Below, piece by piece: positions 12,972 through 25,821 of a stretch of DNA of 64,000 bases. Numbering within the stretch: position 1 is the stretch's first letter; each line of letters starts with the position of its first letter. The DNA is from Lytechinus pictus (lineage: Eukaryota). The notes beneath the pieces were generated by a model. The model made no database searches, was not told the DNA's origin, and was given only the letters and a program-made list of their open reading frames with translations. Made by a program: the position numbers and the translations under genes. Where the stretch lies: the NCBI RefSeq assembly GCF_037042905.1, contig NC_087246.1:13716233-13780232 (forward strand), given 5' to 3'.

Positions 12972-13043
12972 AGGTAAAAAAGGAAAGATAATCCATACAA
13001 GGTTCTATCAGTAATAACCTCGAGTAGATTGTCATGGAGATCA
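12972..13043 (-). CDS. LGR LRR exon
   Basis: Acceptor catcaacag, donor GTAAGT. Encodes DLHDNLLEVITDRTLYGLSFLFY(L). Confidence 0.8.
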
Positions 13044-13621
13044 CTGTTGATGAAAGTAAGAAAAAAACATTTACATAATTTACATTCAATGAATCGAAAG
13101 AGAATGAAATATTGTGTGTTGAAAATAAGATAACGTAGGTTTCCTCGATATAATGTCTTTGCCACATTAAGTCCATTGTGATGTTGAAGAGCCATGTTTT
13201 ACACACATGTATGAAATATGAACTAATGATGATTTACAATTAATAAAATAGGGAACAGTAAAGTGGGGATATAACATCATCAGAAAATCAATATTCGGAT
13301 TATCATTTTCCAAACATAATGGCGAACGTTAAAATCTAAAAAGGATTTTTTTTTGGGTCAAATTTTAAAAGGAACTTAATACATAATCAATTGAACAAGG
13401 AAAATGTATATTACAATAATCAAGATAACTATTCAAACAGGTTGGAAATGTAGGAGGCTGCTGAAAAGCGAAGATTGTGGAGTGCAGCCTCCTAATAAAA
13501 TATTCGTATAATATAAGCAGTATAGAGAGAAACAACATGGTGAAAACTTGAACATATAAATCCAGTTAAATGTAAAGTTCACAAAAGGAAAGAAAGCAAG
13601 ATTAAAAGTCTCCAGATTATC

Positions 13622-13659
<38 letters not shown>

Positions 13660-13808
13660 CGTATATGTATTTTCAATAATACAGCATCAAATTAAGCGTA
13701 ATAGTGCATTAAATGAATGACGTATTAATTTAGCGTTTAAGTTTTGGCAACGCCCTATAAAGGGAAAGTGAAGGGAAAGTGTGATTAATATATTCTTGAT
13801 ATACTTAC

Positions 13809-13880
13809 AGATAGAAAAGAAGGAATAAGTTACTGAATGTGTCATCTGGAATCCATCTTATTCGATTTTCCTGTAGATAT
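13809..13880 (-). CDS. LGR LRR exon
   Basis: Acceptor ttgctag, donor GTAAGT. Encodes YLQENRIRWIPDDTFSNLFLLFY(L). Confidence 0.75.
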
Positions 13881-14203
13881 CTAGCAATGTAGACAATTAT
13901 TAATTAAAAACTTTTCATGCTTTATTCCCTATTTTATTTTTTTCAATGAAGACATTATTTTTCTCATTCATGGAGTAAATGAATAATTAATGTTTTTGTA
14001 TTTGTACATGATAATTTTTTATTTTTTTGCACACACAGATATCGTATTGAATAACCGAAAAAGTTAAATGATATAAAAGAATTAACTAATTTGTAAGAAA
14101 AAAGAAATCATTTACCTACCGTTACACTAGATATTGAAATAATAACTACATTCCATATTCATGTGCGTCAATTTTTGTATTCCTTATGCCCAAATATACT
14201 CAC

Positions 14204-14275
14204 AAGTAATTCAAACTGTATGTTTCTATGAAGATATCTGCTGGTATGGTTTCAATCAGGTTTCCATCCAAGTTC
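14204..14275 (-). CDS. LGR LRR exon
   Basis: Acceptor gatttatag, donor GTGAGT. Encodes NLDGNLIETIPADIFIETYSLNY(L). Confidence 0.8.
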
Positions 14276-14417
14276 CTATAAATCAAACAAACAGATCTAA
14301 AAATTAATATAAAGACATTTTATAAAACACAGATTATCATTATGCATCCGATTTAGGAATGATCACATCCTTTTCCATGCTCTATGAAATGTATCCAATT
14401 TGGTAACCCTTAACTGC

Positions 14418-15006
14418 TTAAAGGGATGGTCCGGGCTAAAAGTATTTATAGCTTAATAAATAGAGTATAATTCACTGAGCAAAATGCCGAAAATTTCATC
14501 ACAATCTGATAACAAATAACAAAGTTATTGAATTTTAAAGTTAAGCAATATTTTGTGAAAACAGTCTTCATGAATATTCATTAGGTGGGCTGATGATGTC
14601 ACATCCCCACTTGTTCTTTTGTATTTTATTATATGAAATTAGGTTTATTAATTTTTTTCCTCCAAGAACTAGAAACATTGGATTGACAACTGATTTAGTG
14701 CATTACATATTTAATGCTACAACTTATTTCATTATAAGGGAGACAGATTATTCTCACAAGTATGAAATAATGAAAAAATTATGATTTTATGTAATAACAT
14801 AAGAAAACGGAAAGTGGAGATGTGACATCATCAGCCCACCTAATGAATATTCATGACGACTGTTTTCACAAAATATTGCTAAACTTTAAACTTCAATAAC
14901 TTTATTATTTGTTATCCGATTTTGATGAAATTTTCGGCATTTTGCTCAGTGAATTCTACTCTATATATTAAGATATAAATATTTTCAGCCCGGACCATCC
15001 CTTTAA
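14418..15006. mobile_element. MITE/foldback element family B (termini cTTAAAGGGATGGTCCGGGC...GCCCGGACCATCCCTTTAAtg)
   Basis: Near-perfect inverted arms of about 200 bp span 14418-14615 and 14810-15006, around a 190-bp core. Confidence 0.55.
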
Positions 15007-16110
15007 TGCATTGTTACCCATATCCGCAATGCGTGTTTAGGTTAAAGATGTGGGTGACGGGCGGGTAAATCGACGTATCGGGGTCATGATTATTTAAGAA
15101 AAAAGAGGGGAAATACATATTAATCAAAATGCAATGTGCAATCCACTCCAACTTTTTGGACTGATGTACAGATAACTGTGATAACACACATTTGGGGAAA
15201 ATTATGAGAGAAAGCAATTTACACGTATATACTAACTCTGGATAAAGAGGGAAAGTTCGGTATTAAAAATTAGAGTTTTGACCTACCATCTTGGTCTAAG
15301 AACAATGATTTTTATAGGTCTTACAAAAGTGCATCTTTAAACAAGAAAAAGCGCCAATAAGCTAATGCTGTAGACCAATATGCCTAGGTTTTTATTCACC
15401 TTCATCATGTTCATGGAATTATGTTTTTTCACTTACAAATGTTGCAGGTTGTAAAGTCCCTCAAAAGAATTTGCCGATACACTCATTATCCCTGCCCCGT
15501 TTAGTTCTCTGCAAAATATATCAGATTCAACGCAAAAACAAAACAACGTGGAATGTTATGCTTCATTACAAAATAAAAAATATCCTGATTTTACATTTGC
15601 AAAATAATAACAAATCCAACAATTGATATACTGTCATCTCCATATCTTCATATTGACTTTTACATTCACGAAAAAATTTGAGCGCCAAAATATATTTAAT
15701 AGTCACTCTTTACGGTTTTCCCCCAAGATTTCTTAATGCAAAATTTCCATTTATAATTCAATAAATTGCCCTGATATGGATGAGTACACCATTAAAACTC
15801 ATCTATGAATAGCACTGTACGGGACACTGTGTTATGAATAATTGGGTTTTCGGTAACAGCAAATATATCATGAAATAAGAAAATATTTGCATTAATATTG
15901 GTGAGCTATTTCCCATATCTATTTGATCAAATCAAGAACAAGTAAGGATCTAAAAGTTGATTTGCCACTAATGTCAATTGTAACTATCAATGTTTCTATA
16001 TAGATTAAATTTTCATTCGTATTTTTTTCAGCACCCCATGATCAGCTTCCTACTTTAAACACAAAGGTGGTTGTCATAAGGAATAAACTAGATATCCTTT
16101 TTTCACTTAC

Positions 16111-16182
16111 AACCAAACCAAGTTGTCCAACTCAGAAAAGGTTCCATCGGGAATAGAAGAAATATTGTTGTTCGTAAGGTAT
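16111..16182 (-). CDS. LGR LRR exon
   Basis: Acceptor gattacag, donor GTAAGT. Encodes YLTNNNISSIPDGTFSELDNLVW(L). Confidence 0.8.
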
Positions 16183-16666
16183 CTGTAATCAAATTATAAG
16201 AGAATCCGCATTTATCAAACGTTTATCGGGTTATCTATCACCTAAATGACCATTATTATCCTCATAATTCATAATACAATATGTAATATACAAACAAGTC
16301 CATCTTCTATAAAGTGAGAAATTGTAAATTTGTATACACCCTTACTTGGCAAAATATTTATTTTTTCCGATCTACGCCAAAATAACGTTGTTAGATTAAC
16401 AATTACCAGATGTACTCGTTGCATGAAACCCTTTTCCGTCATTTTGGGGAGTTTTTTTTTTTTATTGAAAAAAAAAAATCATTATGAAATATTTCGAGCA
16501 AGTTACCTGAATGGAAAAATGAACACAATGGTAGTATTTATACAACTAGACCCAGACCAATTCATTAAATAATTTTGAAATCAATCAGTATCAGCCTAGT
16601 TCTAGTCAGGGATATAAAAATACTTTATCAAAACTGAATAGAACTTAATTGAAATTTCATACTTAC

Positions 16667-16738
16667 AGATATAACAGGTTGCTCAGTCCGGAAAATGTAT
16701 CAGGAAAAATCGTCGTTATATTGTTATCATTCAGATCT
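16667..16738 (-). CDS. LGR LRR exon
   Basis: Acceptor cccatag, donor GTAAGT. Encodes DLNDNNITTIFPDTFSGLSNLLY(L). Confidence 0.8.
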
Positions 16739-17250
16739 CTATGGGTAAAAATTTAAAACATGTAAATGGTTGCCTTTCAATTTCAATTAACACAACTAAG
16801 GGGGAAAAGGGAATGCAAAAACTTTTTTTTCAGTTTTGTTCAAAACGATGCACTTTATCAACCAATGTTAAGCCTTTATCGATTAGTTTTAAAATAAATT
16901 GCAAAACTGAGAGACGATTCAGTGAAAGCAAAATGGGTTCCATTTTCGTTTAAAATCCACTAAAAATTACAGAAAACCCAAACTCTTGGATACAAGAATT
17001 GTATTATGGCTAACGGATCAATGAATGTAAATACGAACCTCATTTTATAATACGCTAATGTACAGAAAAGATCACTCCTTGAATGCGGTAAGATTTTAAA
17101 GAAATTGCAGAATGGCACAGGGGTCGCTGAATTTCATTATGAATTGCAATATATAGGTACCCAATTTATGGTGTTCAGTTAAATTTTATTCAATTCATAA
17201 AGTCATGTTCATTCATTCATTTATTTATTTCCATTAAAAATACATATATA

Positions 17251-19056
17251 CAGTGCGTCCCAAAAAAAACTATACACTTTTGAAATGGCTGCCAAATAAA
17301 AAATATAACATTTTGGGGAAAAAGACTTACATATATGGAAAGCCAATAAAGTCAACTTTCAAATGACACCAAAAACTTGGAAAACTGTTCATGCTTGAGC
17401 GAGCACTGCCCACTGAAACAAAGGGTATGAAAATTAGGGTGGGCTGGAATTAGCCTTCCAATTTATGTCAGTTTTTAAGAGGCAAATCCTTTCGAACTTG
17501 CAAAGTTAAGGGCGTTGTGATAAATTAATGATCAACCGTGACCAGTTTTGGTTGCTTATGCAAATTTTCTAAATTATTAAATTGAATTTTAATGCATGAG
17601 TGAACACAAATTACACTTTGGGGGCAGCATTTCAACTTTATCATTTGGATCTCTTTTTGGGCAGCATTTCAACTTTATCATGTGGATCTCAGCAGTGTGT
17701 TCATGATGGGAGTCGGGAGAATAGGGGATGAGATAGGACTTAAGTGGGAGAAGTAGGTTGATGGAATAAGGGTCAACAGAACATTCAGCCCCCGCCCCCT
17801 CTCTCTTTCCCGCCCTCCCCTCCTGTTGAGAGACTGATGGCTATTGTCATGGACGCTTGAAGTCCAGAGCGGAATGTTGATTTAATGATTAATTCTGAAT
17901 TGGGGCATCAACTTTTTCCTTTCAATCATTTCATCAACAATTTATCAGTAAATCAACTCATTCAATGTGCAATGTGATCAATCAAACATTCAGTTTTTTT
18001 TTCAATAAATTATTTCATTAATCATCATAATCATTAAATTTCTTGGTAATAATTCAATAAAAAAGTGACCATCAGCCATCGGTCACTTGGCAGCTTAGTT
18101 TTGAATAGGCTACAATCCAGGAAGTGAGACAGAGAGGGGGGGGGGGCTGGGAAATGGAGGTGGAGAGGGGAGGGTACATAATTATGACTTTTGTAAAAGG
18201 ACAAAAAGAAGAGGAATGCCCTTTTAACCAAGTCTTAGCATATCTCGCCCTCTTGCTTGTAACAGGTACCATCACATTACTCTGACTCTCACGAACACAC
18301 TTCTGAGGTCCACAAGATGAATATGCTACACTAAAATTTCAATTCCTGTTCACTCATGCATTAAATTTCAATTTAGTAACTCATGAAATTTGCCTAAGAA
18401 ACCAAAACTTATCTCACTCATTAATTTAGCTTAGCAAGTTCGCAAGGACTAACCACTCAAACAAACTGTAAGGCTAATTCCTGCCCAGCCTAGCCGAGCT
18501 TAGTGTCCGAGGAGGAGAGAAGCGGGGGAGGGGGGTTGAGATGGAGGGAGGGGTTGCTAAATGTTATGTTGACCTTTATCCCATCAATGTACTTCACCCA
18601 CCTAAGTCATATTACCCCCTCTTCTCCTGACTTTCATAAACACATTGTTGAGATCCACATGATAAAGACAAAATGCTGCACTAAAAATTGCAATTCACGA
18701 TCACCCATGCATTAAATTTCAATGTAATAAATTCAATTAAATAACGCATTAAATTTTCAAAAACAACAAACTGATCACAACTGATCTTTAATTCACCAAA
18801 TAACCCTCAACTTTGCAAGTACCAAACAAAAAACCTGAAAGAAATTGGAAGGCTAATTCTGGCCCACCCTAATTTTCATACCCTTTGTTTCAGTGGGCAG
18901 TGCTCGCTCAAGCATGAATAGTTTTCCAACTTTTTGGTGTCACTTGAAAGTTGACGTTATTGGCTTTCCATATCTATGAGTTATTTCCCCCAAAGTGCTA
19001 TATTTTTTTATTTGGCAGCCATTTCAAAAGTGTATAGTTTTTTTTGGGACGCACTG
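17251..19056. mobile_element. Tc1/mariner-like non-autonomous foldback element (about 1.8 kb), TA|CAGTGCGTCCCAAAAAAAAC...GTTTTTTTTGGGACGCACTG|TA
   Basis: Terminal inverted repeats of about 200 bp span 17251-17470 and 18850-19056, with nested internal inverted repeats. The termini start CAGTGC as in Tc1 and are flanked by TA on both sides. No transposase ORF is present. It lies inside the LGR intron between exons at 16738 and 19906. Confidence 0.6.
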
Positions 19057-19905
19057 TATATACAAGTAAAAATGGAAGTATCAAATTGATTAAAACGATA
19101 CAAATAGGAAATATAATATACATAGCATACAAATAATAAAAGTACGAAATATAATTAAAATAATGGAAAGGGTGCATCCGTGAAAGCCAATAAGGCTTGA
19201 TGAATTGGATGCACCAAAACGCACAATGTTCAAATGTCAAATTCAAGTTCAGTTTCATTTGCAATAAAAATGTATACTTACATACAACATGTTCAATGAT
19301 AAAAAATAAAACTTATAAAGAAATTTAAAACATCAAATATCTTTAAAGATGATTTATAATACATTTTTCAAATAGAAATAATTGGTATCTGTGGAAAACA
19401 GAAATACAATGTTTAATTTTTCAGCTGTAGAAAGGTATCATTATCACTTATCTGGTATCCTTTTAAGCAGATTATTGCTTGTGTAATTATCACAAGTTTA
19501 TACAAAACATTTCAGTAATCTATATTTGATAGACGAGTGTGTTTACAAAGTACATGTATTAGGGAGGAGTTAGGTTTAATGATAATAAAATAATACATGA
19601 GATTTGTACATGTATAGCGCACTTTCCATCTTGATTAGATGCTCAAGGCGCCACAGAGCAGAACAACAACATGGTTGTATTCCCATAAACACAGTCACAC
19701 CAACGAAACAAGCTATAAAACGACCGATTATATGTGATTGGAAATAACATGATCATAACTTCGGTCGATCTGACGTATGTTTCACATGTGTCACTGTGCC
19801 ATAATCTTCCATTAATTATTATGCACTATTATTGACATATTGAATGGAATATATGCGCATTGTTCTCTTTGAATGAAACAAAAAAATAGGAATAAAAATA
19901 CTCAC

Positions 19906-19977
19906 AGCCATTCGAGATTCTTCATTCCATAAAATGCTCCACCGGGTAGCACTTCAATAAACGTTTTATTTAAATAC
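19906..19977 (-). CDS. LGR LRR exon (most 5' exon identified)
   Basis: Minus-strand exon flanked by acceptor ...ctttgaag and donor GTGAGT. Encodes YLNKTFIEVLPGGAFYGMKNLEW(L). An upstream in-frame TGA forces the splice. Confidence 0.65.
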
Positions 19978-20404
19978 CTTCAAAGTAGAGAATGCAATGT
20001 TAGACGTGGTAAACATCTGGTTACCTTAAACCGAGAGAATAGCTTACAAGTTAAGTAATTATTACCTACTTATAACTAAGTTGATTACATAAAACAGATC
20101 ATGGGCTTATCAATACAAAGGTAAAATATACTTCACATAAAAGCAATATTAACATTGTTCACGTCAAATGAATAACATGTAGACCTGACGATATTTTTCT
20201 TAGAAAATTATAATCCAAGGAATATATAACTTGTATTATTTTTAAAACCCACCTGAAGCTTTGGTGAAGGATCATTAATGTGAATTACATCATTCGGGTA
20301 TCATCTAGTATGCCAATCTGTCAAAAGTGTAGTGGCTATAATTTTTCGACGGTCTATTCTTTGAGAAAATTGTATCTCGTTCGTATTAGATATCTAGCAG
20401 TTGT

Positions 20405-20750
20405 TTTCCGGTGAGGGTTTTTTTTTACCTTTAAAATGGCTGTTTAATCACTTATCCAGCATATTATCAGAAAACTACAGAAACAATTATATTCTGAAAT
20501 TTTGATCCCATTCCATGCTTGGGGAGTGGTTTGGTAAAAAATAAAAAAAAATCATTTTTTTTAAACAAGTGCACACCTAGTTACCAATAATGCATGCAGC
20601 ATTCCCCTTTGTTTGAAAAAGCAGGATAAAAGAGCATTGTATATTAATTACCTTGCTCACGGTCATAGGTGCCGCGGCCGGGATCGAACCCCGGACTTTA
20701 CATGTATAGCCAGGCGCCCTATAGAGTATAGACCACTCGGAACGGGCACA
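20405..20750 (-). mobile_element. tRNA-derived SINE-like element or tRNA pseudogene (class-II-like A box CCGAGTGGTCTA, canonical B box GGTTCGATCC)
   Basis: Minus strand 20748->20659 reads gtgcccgttCCGAGTGGTCTAtactc...tccgGGGTTCGATCCCggccgcggcacc. The T-arm is intact but the acceptor and D stems do not pair, so it is not a functional tRNA. An A-rich tail follows near 20425. Confidence 0.35.
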
Positions 20751-22980
20751 CGATCAAATTTGTCAAACTACATGTAGATTCTCATGACAAATCTAAAAAT
20801 CTATCCATTTAGAGTCAACATTTTCAATTTTCATCATAGAAATGTGTTAGAGCATGAACATTCACATAAAAGAGATATTTTAATTAAAATTGGAAAAGTA
20901 ACACACACTGGGGGATTTATATCCAAATGAATATACTATAATCACATTTTTATAATATAATCTAGATCTTACAAATTTTTGACATTCCTTTGCCGATCTA
21001 AAATGATTTGTCTCGTCATGTTTTCGGACTTGTAGTCTTCGAGCCCCCTGTGAAAAAGGCAATTGCATCGAAATACAGTTAGTATCTTTGAACTTAAACA
21101 CGTCATGATTACAGCTTCGAGTAATATGAATAGTGACAGTATTTGGGAATAATAACTTGGAAATAAAAACACGTAGCATTGTTTATTATCATTATTATTA
21201 TTATTATTATTATTATGTGAGATGTTAACATTCTTTCAACTTATAATTCAAAGGAGAATGGACAATGTGAGCACAACCTTTTTTATTCAAGTATCAAGTT
21301 TTAAACGCAATGTTTCTGGAGTAATACATGTATATATCATGGCCTTGGAATTGGTATGACATTCTTTATTAAACAATATCGGATAGCATTATGCAGGCCA
21401 TGATATTGAAGAAATTTGATTTATATACATAAGTTTTTAGTGACGTGGAGTGCATAAAAATATAAGTAAATTTAACCCCTCTATAACTGTACAATTGTTT
21501 CCTACTTATTTTATCAGGTTTTCTTGCCATTTGAATTCGTAAAAGCATCGATAAACATCATACATTATTTCAAATATTGGTTTCGGAAAAGATGAATACA
21601 GCAAATGCAACATTGGCATTAAACATGATTTCACAACGGTTAAATTTCCTAGGGAGTCAATATCTGTTTCTTCCATATCGCCATCTGGTGTTTTATTTCT
21701 GTAACTTTTTTTGATGATTGTGATCAAACCACGTGTGATGATCCTACTGTAAAGTCTTTGATCACGTAACACGGAAGCTTCATTTCCTGCCAATCCGTAT
21801 CATCTGAGTTTTGATTATGCTAATTTTAAGGTTTGATATATTCGTAATTTCATCCAAAGTTGTAAGGGTGCACTTCGAATCCTGTGCTGAATTAAAAGGT
21901 ATCATCTGCATAAACTGTAACACTATAATGTTTTCCGATACATGCGCATTCCCACTTGAGTGTCCGAGTATCGAATTAAATTAAATGAATTAATATTAAA
22001 CACTATTATACGCTATTAACGAAATAGCTATTCATTCAATCTACAAAGTACGATGTCAGTTGTATTATTTGTATTATTTACTCACAGTTGTATTATATAC
22101 TCACATGCATTCTATTGCAGCAGATTCATGCAGCGAAGGTCTTTGGGGCATGCAAAATAGTCCTATATAGATAAAACGAGAATCAATGAATAACTTATGA
22201 AGGGCTAGCTTCGACATTCAGTCTAAAAACATGTAAGGTGAAAACTCATGATTCTCTATGTATATATGCATTTGTAATATTGGACCATGTTGGTATCACC
22301 GTGAATGGACTGATCAGTCCAGTGGGACGAACGTTGTCAATATAGAGCTAAAAATAAACGTTTAATTTTAGGAATCTATTTCTGATGTTAAAATTAATTG
22401 TCAGCTAAGATATTGATAAGTACAGGCATACAAATAATAAACCAACCTATCTATTCCAGATTCCCTGGATTGAATCAGCACGCATGTGGAATAGGATTTG
22501 AGCTCATAACTCACGGAATGAAAAGACAAGAATCAGATAAGAAAATATCTTACCCCAAGTACCGTCGACGAAGCAGTCTTGAACTACTGGAATACATTTA
22601 CCGGTGCCTGTGTTTGAAAGATTCAACAGATGATTGCAAATACTTGTATGCATAATTACTATGCAGATTGTGTACATTGAATATAATTGTATCTGATTAG
22701 TTTTGCTCTCAGCCAATCAGAAAAAAAAAGATTTCAGAAGCTTATAACAGTTGTGCATCGAAATCACTTATAAACAAATTCTTAAATTATCTCTTGGTCG
22801 ATTTATAGCGACAGATCAACACTCGTCACTATGTAAGTGTCAATATAACGATTAGCAATATTTCTTTACTTATATTTTCTAATATCATGTGAGAAATTAA
22901 CGTAGATGGTCAATATATTTCAGATATTAAGATTGTTCTATTTTTTTCTTTCTCAGATATATAATCATAACTCATCTTAC

Positions 22981-23028
22981 CTTTTGGAAATATGTTTATA
23001 TCACACAGTCCAGTAATACAGACATCCT
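22981..23028 (-). CDS. Possible 48-nt linker exon of the SRCR gene (phase 1 in and out)
   Basis: Acceptor ttttacag, donor GTAAGA. Encodes (E)DVCITGLCDINIFPK. Its phase is compatible with the SRCR exons and incompatible with the LGR LRR exons. Confidence 0.35.
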
Positions 23029-23394
23029 CTGTAAAAGCAGATAATAACAAACAATATATGGTTGGGTTTTTTCAATAAGAAAGGAAAGTAAAGTGCTGTA
23101 TAGTTTAACTTTCGATCGGAAAATGTATTGCCCTTAAGAGACATTCTAGTTATGGTACATTTACACTTTTTAAAGAAGGAACGAAATTCTATCTATCTTG
23201 ATTCTGCCATGTGAGATTAATCTTTCGGGATATTCATTAATCTATCTTGTAACCAGATTCTACCAATTTTCATTTCCATCGCAATTTGAAAATGTTTGAT
23301 TCATGCTGATACAATCGCAATGTGAAATGTAATCTTATTGTCAAGTGTTTTATTCTGCGAATTGTTCGGTATAAACAGCGAATCGACATATTAC

Positions 23395-23700
23395 CTCCGA
23401 AGCATGTTACTCCAGCGTCTTGAGAATGATTACAGTTATGAACTCCAAGCCCGCCATGAGAACAATTGAAAATGCTACTCTCGTTACCAACACAATGAAT
23501 GTCGTCGAGGATGATGTCTCCGATCCCTGGGCCAAAGTCATTGATGCTCACGGCGTGTCCGAAACCTAGACTTTTACAGATGACATTAGCATTCTTCATA
23601 TCCCAAGAGGTGTCGCAGACAGTACCTAGGTAGCCTTGATAAGCAACCTTCACCCGACCCTCTAGATACGTGCTCCCGTTGATGAGGAAGACGGCGTAAT
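23395..23700 (-). CDS. SRCR domain 4, single exon
   Basis: Acceptor caatacag. Encodes DYAVFLINGSTYLEGRVKVAYQGYLGTVCDTSWDMKNANVICKSLGFGHAVSINDFGPGIGDIILDDIHCVGNESSIFNCSHGGLGVHNCNHSQDAGVTCFGG. Donor GTAATA, phase 1. Confidence 0.8.
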
Positions 23701-24351
23701 CTGTATTGGCAATATAAAGCTCTAATAATCTAGAATTCTACGCTCTTTCGCTAATCTTCCCAATATAATCAGGGCCACTCACTTTGTTGGATCTCGGTAA
23801 GTTACTAGTATTTTTAACATTCAAACTTACTTTCCTAACTTTTGCATTTTCTTACGGGAAGCAACTCTTAATTTATAAAGATTTATTAGTAACCCCTTCT
23901 ATAACATGACACATACTCCTCAACAATTGCTCTTATTCTAATTTCTCTGACGATTACGGTAAGGTTAGTAAGTCTGAAATAATGATGTGATGGGATTTTG
24001 GTTGAGAATGGAGTGAGGATTAGGATGATGGCGAGGATACGGTTTCGGGTCAGGATTTATGTTGGCTTATAATGTGTGCATTTCCCGTATAAGCAATTGT
24101 TGCAGGAGTATGTGCTATCCCCCCCCCCCCCAAAAAAAAAAAAAAAAAAAAAATCTCTTTACATAATTAGCTAGCAGAGTAATATATTCTCTGCAATGGA
24201 ATTTTGATAATGGTGAAAAGATTAATATTGAGAATATTAAGATTAATATTCAATAAAGCCAAATAACACATTTGTAAGGATGGACAATATTTGTGAAAAG
24301 TACATGTCAGATTCAGTAATTACCTTTTGAACATAAATTCTGTATCTTTAC

Positions 24352-24660
24352 CTTCTGGTGAACAAGTGACTCCCGCGTCCATTTGATGAAAGCATTTGAA
24401 GAAATTCGTATCATCACTTTCGCATTCGTAAATATTCGTTTCGCTGCCGGTGCACTGGAGACCATCCAAGACGATATCGCCCGTTCCCTGCCCGAAGTCT
24501 GCGTACGACGACGCACTCAGTGCGAAGGTGTGACCGAGACTCTTGCAGACTACGTGAGCATCGATGATATCGAAGTGGTGACTGCACACCGTACCCCAGG
24601 AACCATCGTAGAACACTTCAACCCGACCCTCAAGGCTGTTGATTCCACCAACTAGGCGAA
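24352..24660 (-). CDS. SRCR domain 3, single exon
   Basis: Acceptor gttacag. Encodes VRLVGGINSLEGRVEVFYDGSWGTVCSHHFDIIDAHVVCKSLGHTFALSASSYADFGQGTGDIVLDGLQCTGSETNIYECESDDTNFFKCFHQMDAGVTCSPE. Donor GTAAAG, phase 1. Confidence 0.8.
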
Positions 24661-25488
24661 CTGTAACATGATTGAGTAAACACAGGATCCAATATAACCA
24701 AAAATAATAATAATACACAATACGAAATGAAAATTAATCACGTAAACCCTTAGCCTTTCATTAATTTACCCTCCGAATATATATATATATATATATATAT
24801 ATTTGAGTCATCACCCAAAAAAATTACTTGAAGTAAACAACATAACTTCTTAAACAATTAAAGTCATTTATAAAAAAAATTAGCAAGAGTGTGCCAAGAC
24901 ACTGCCCTGTGGAACACCATATAAAAGACAGGCTTATGTTAAGAGTAATTACCGATAAATAACACAAAATAATAGTAAGCACCCTTTAGTATAGTTCTCA
25001 AACCACATGCACCACCACGAATCCCACAGTCAATGACTTTGCACAAATGACAATAGTTTTTGCTCCTTATTTGCTTACAATTTCCTTGTTAGATGATCTT
25101 TCGAATAACTTCACCGAATTGACCCTTTACCAAAGCTTTGGACATTTAATCCAACTTACAAGTTGATAAAAATTATTGTCAAGGCATACATGTATATGTG
25201 CCATCTGAACTGTATCCTAAAGTATCACATCATCGTGTCTAAGCTCGAAATCCGATAATACTTTTAAAGTCTTTTAATGCAAGTAGAATTCATTTTCGTC
25301 CGTGTTCTTTTTAGATCATTTTTGTAACGATTAAATTAAGTTTGACATTATAACATATGTTGAGCCATACAGGATAAAGTAGTATATAGAATGTATATTC
25401 AAAATAAGATAGGTCGATGTTGGATTGATATTTAGTCATTAACATAACTTGAATCTCTAAATTCGACGACATAAAAAACTATGCTTAC

Positions 25489-25821
25489 TCCCAGTTTTGC
25501 ATTTTACTGTTGCATCTTGTGTGTGATTGCAGTTGTAAACTCCAAAACCAGAATGTGGACAATCAAGCAGGATAGATTCGTTTCCAAGACACTCTACTTC
25601 GTCCAAGAAAATGTCATCCAATCCCTCGTCAACATCATGGTAGTCCTGGAAACAACAATCATGGAAGGTGGTTACCTCAACAGCCTCACCTAGTCCTAGA
25701 CTTCTGCAGACCACATTGGCATCATCCATGTCCCAGTTATTGTCGCATACGGTTCCCCAGGAACCATCTTTGAATACTTCCACCTTTCCCTCCCAAGGAT
25801 ATCTTCCATCGACGAGACGAA
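25489..25821 (-). CDS. SRCR domain 2, single exon
   Basis: Acceptor cactgtag. Encodes VRLVDGRYPWEGKVEVFKDGSWGTVCDNNWDMDDANVVCRSLGLGEAVEV...LDEVECLGNESILLDCPHSGFGVYNCNHTQDATVKCKTG. Donor GTAAGC, phase 1. Confidence 0.8.

Larger units (their letters stand above)
3372..19977 (-). other. Gene span (partial): leucine-rich-repeat-containing G-protein-coupled receptor (LGR-type). 13 single-LRR exons plus a 7TM terminal exon. The N-terminal exons are not identified.
   Basis: Thirteen 72-nt exons each encode one 24-residue LRR (L..L.L..N.I..IP...F..L..L..L), all with phase-2 introns. They join in frame to a terminal exon encoding a Cys-rich hinge and a rhodopsin-like 7TM. One exon per LRR plus a single 7TM exon is the hallmark of LGR / glycoprotein-hormone / relaxin receptor genes. 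Confidence 0.8.

Noticed and set aside
20659-20748. Possible intact tRNA gene on the minus strand
   Set aside because: The B box and T-arm are good, but the acceptor stem (GTGCCCG versus CGCGGCAC) and the D-stem do not pair. It is interpreted as tRNA-derived SINE or pseudogene sequence instead.
21506-21793. 95-aa minus-strand ORF, a possible LGR N-terminal exon
   Set aside because: No LRRNT cysteine pattern or signal peptide. No frame or phase compatibility with exon 19977 could be established.
22981-23028. The 48-nt exon as the missing N-terminal exon of the LGR
   Set aside because: It leaves a 1-nt overhang, whereas the first identified LRR exon at 19977 requires a 2-nt overhang. Joining them creates an immediate stop. 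Its phase fits the SRCR gene instead.
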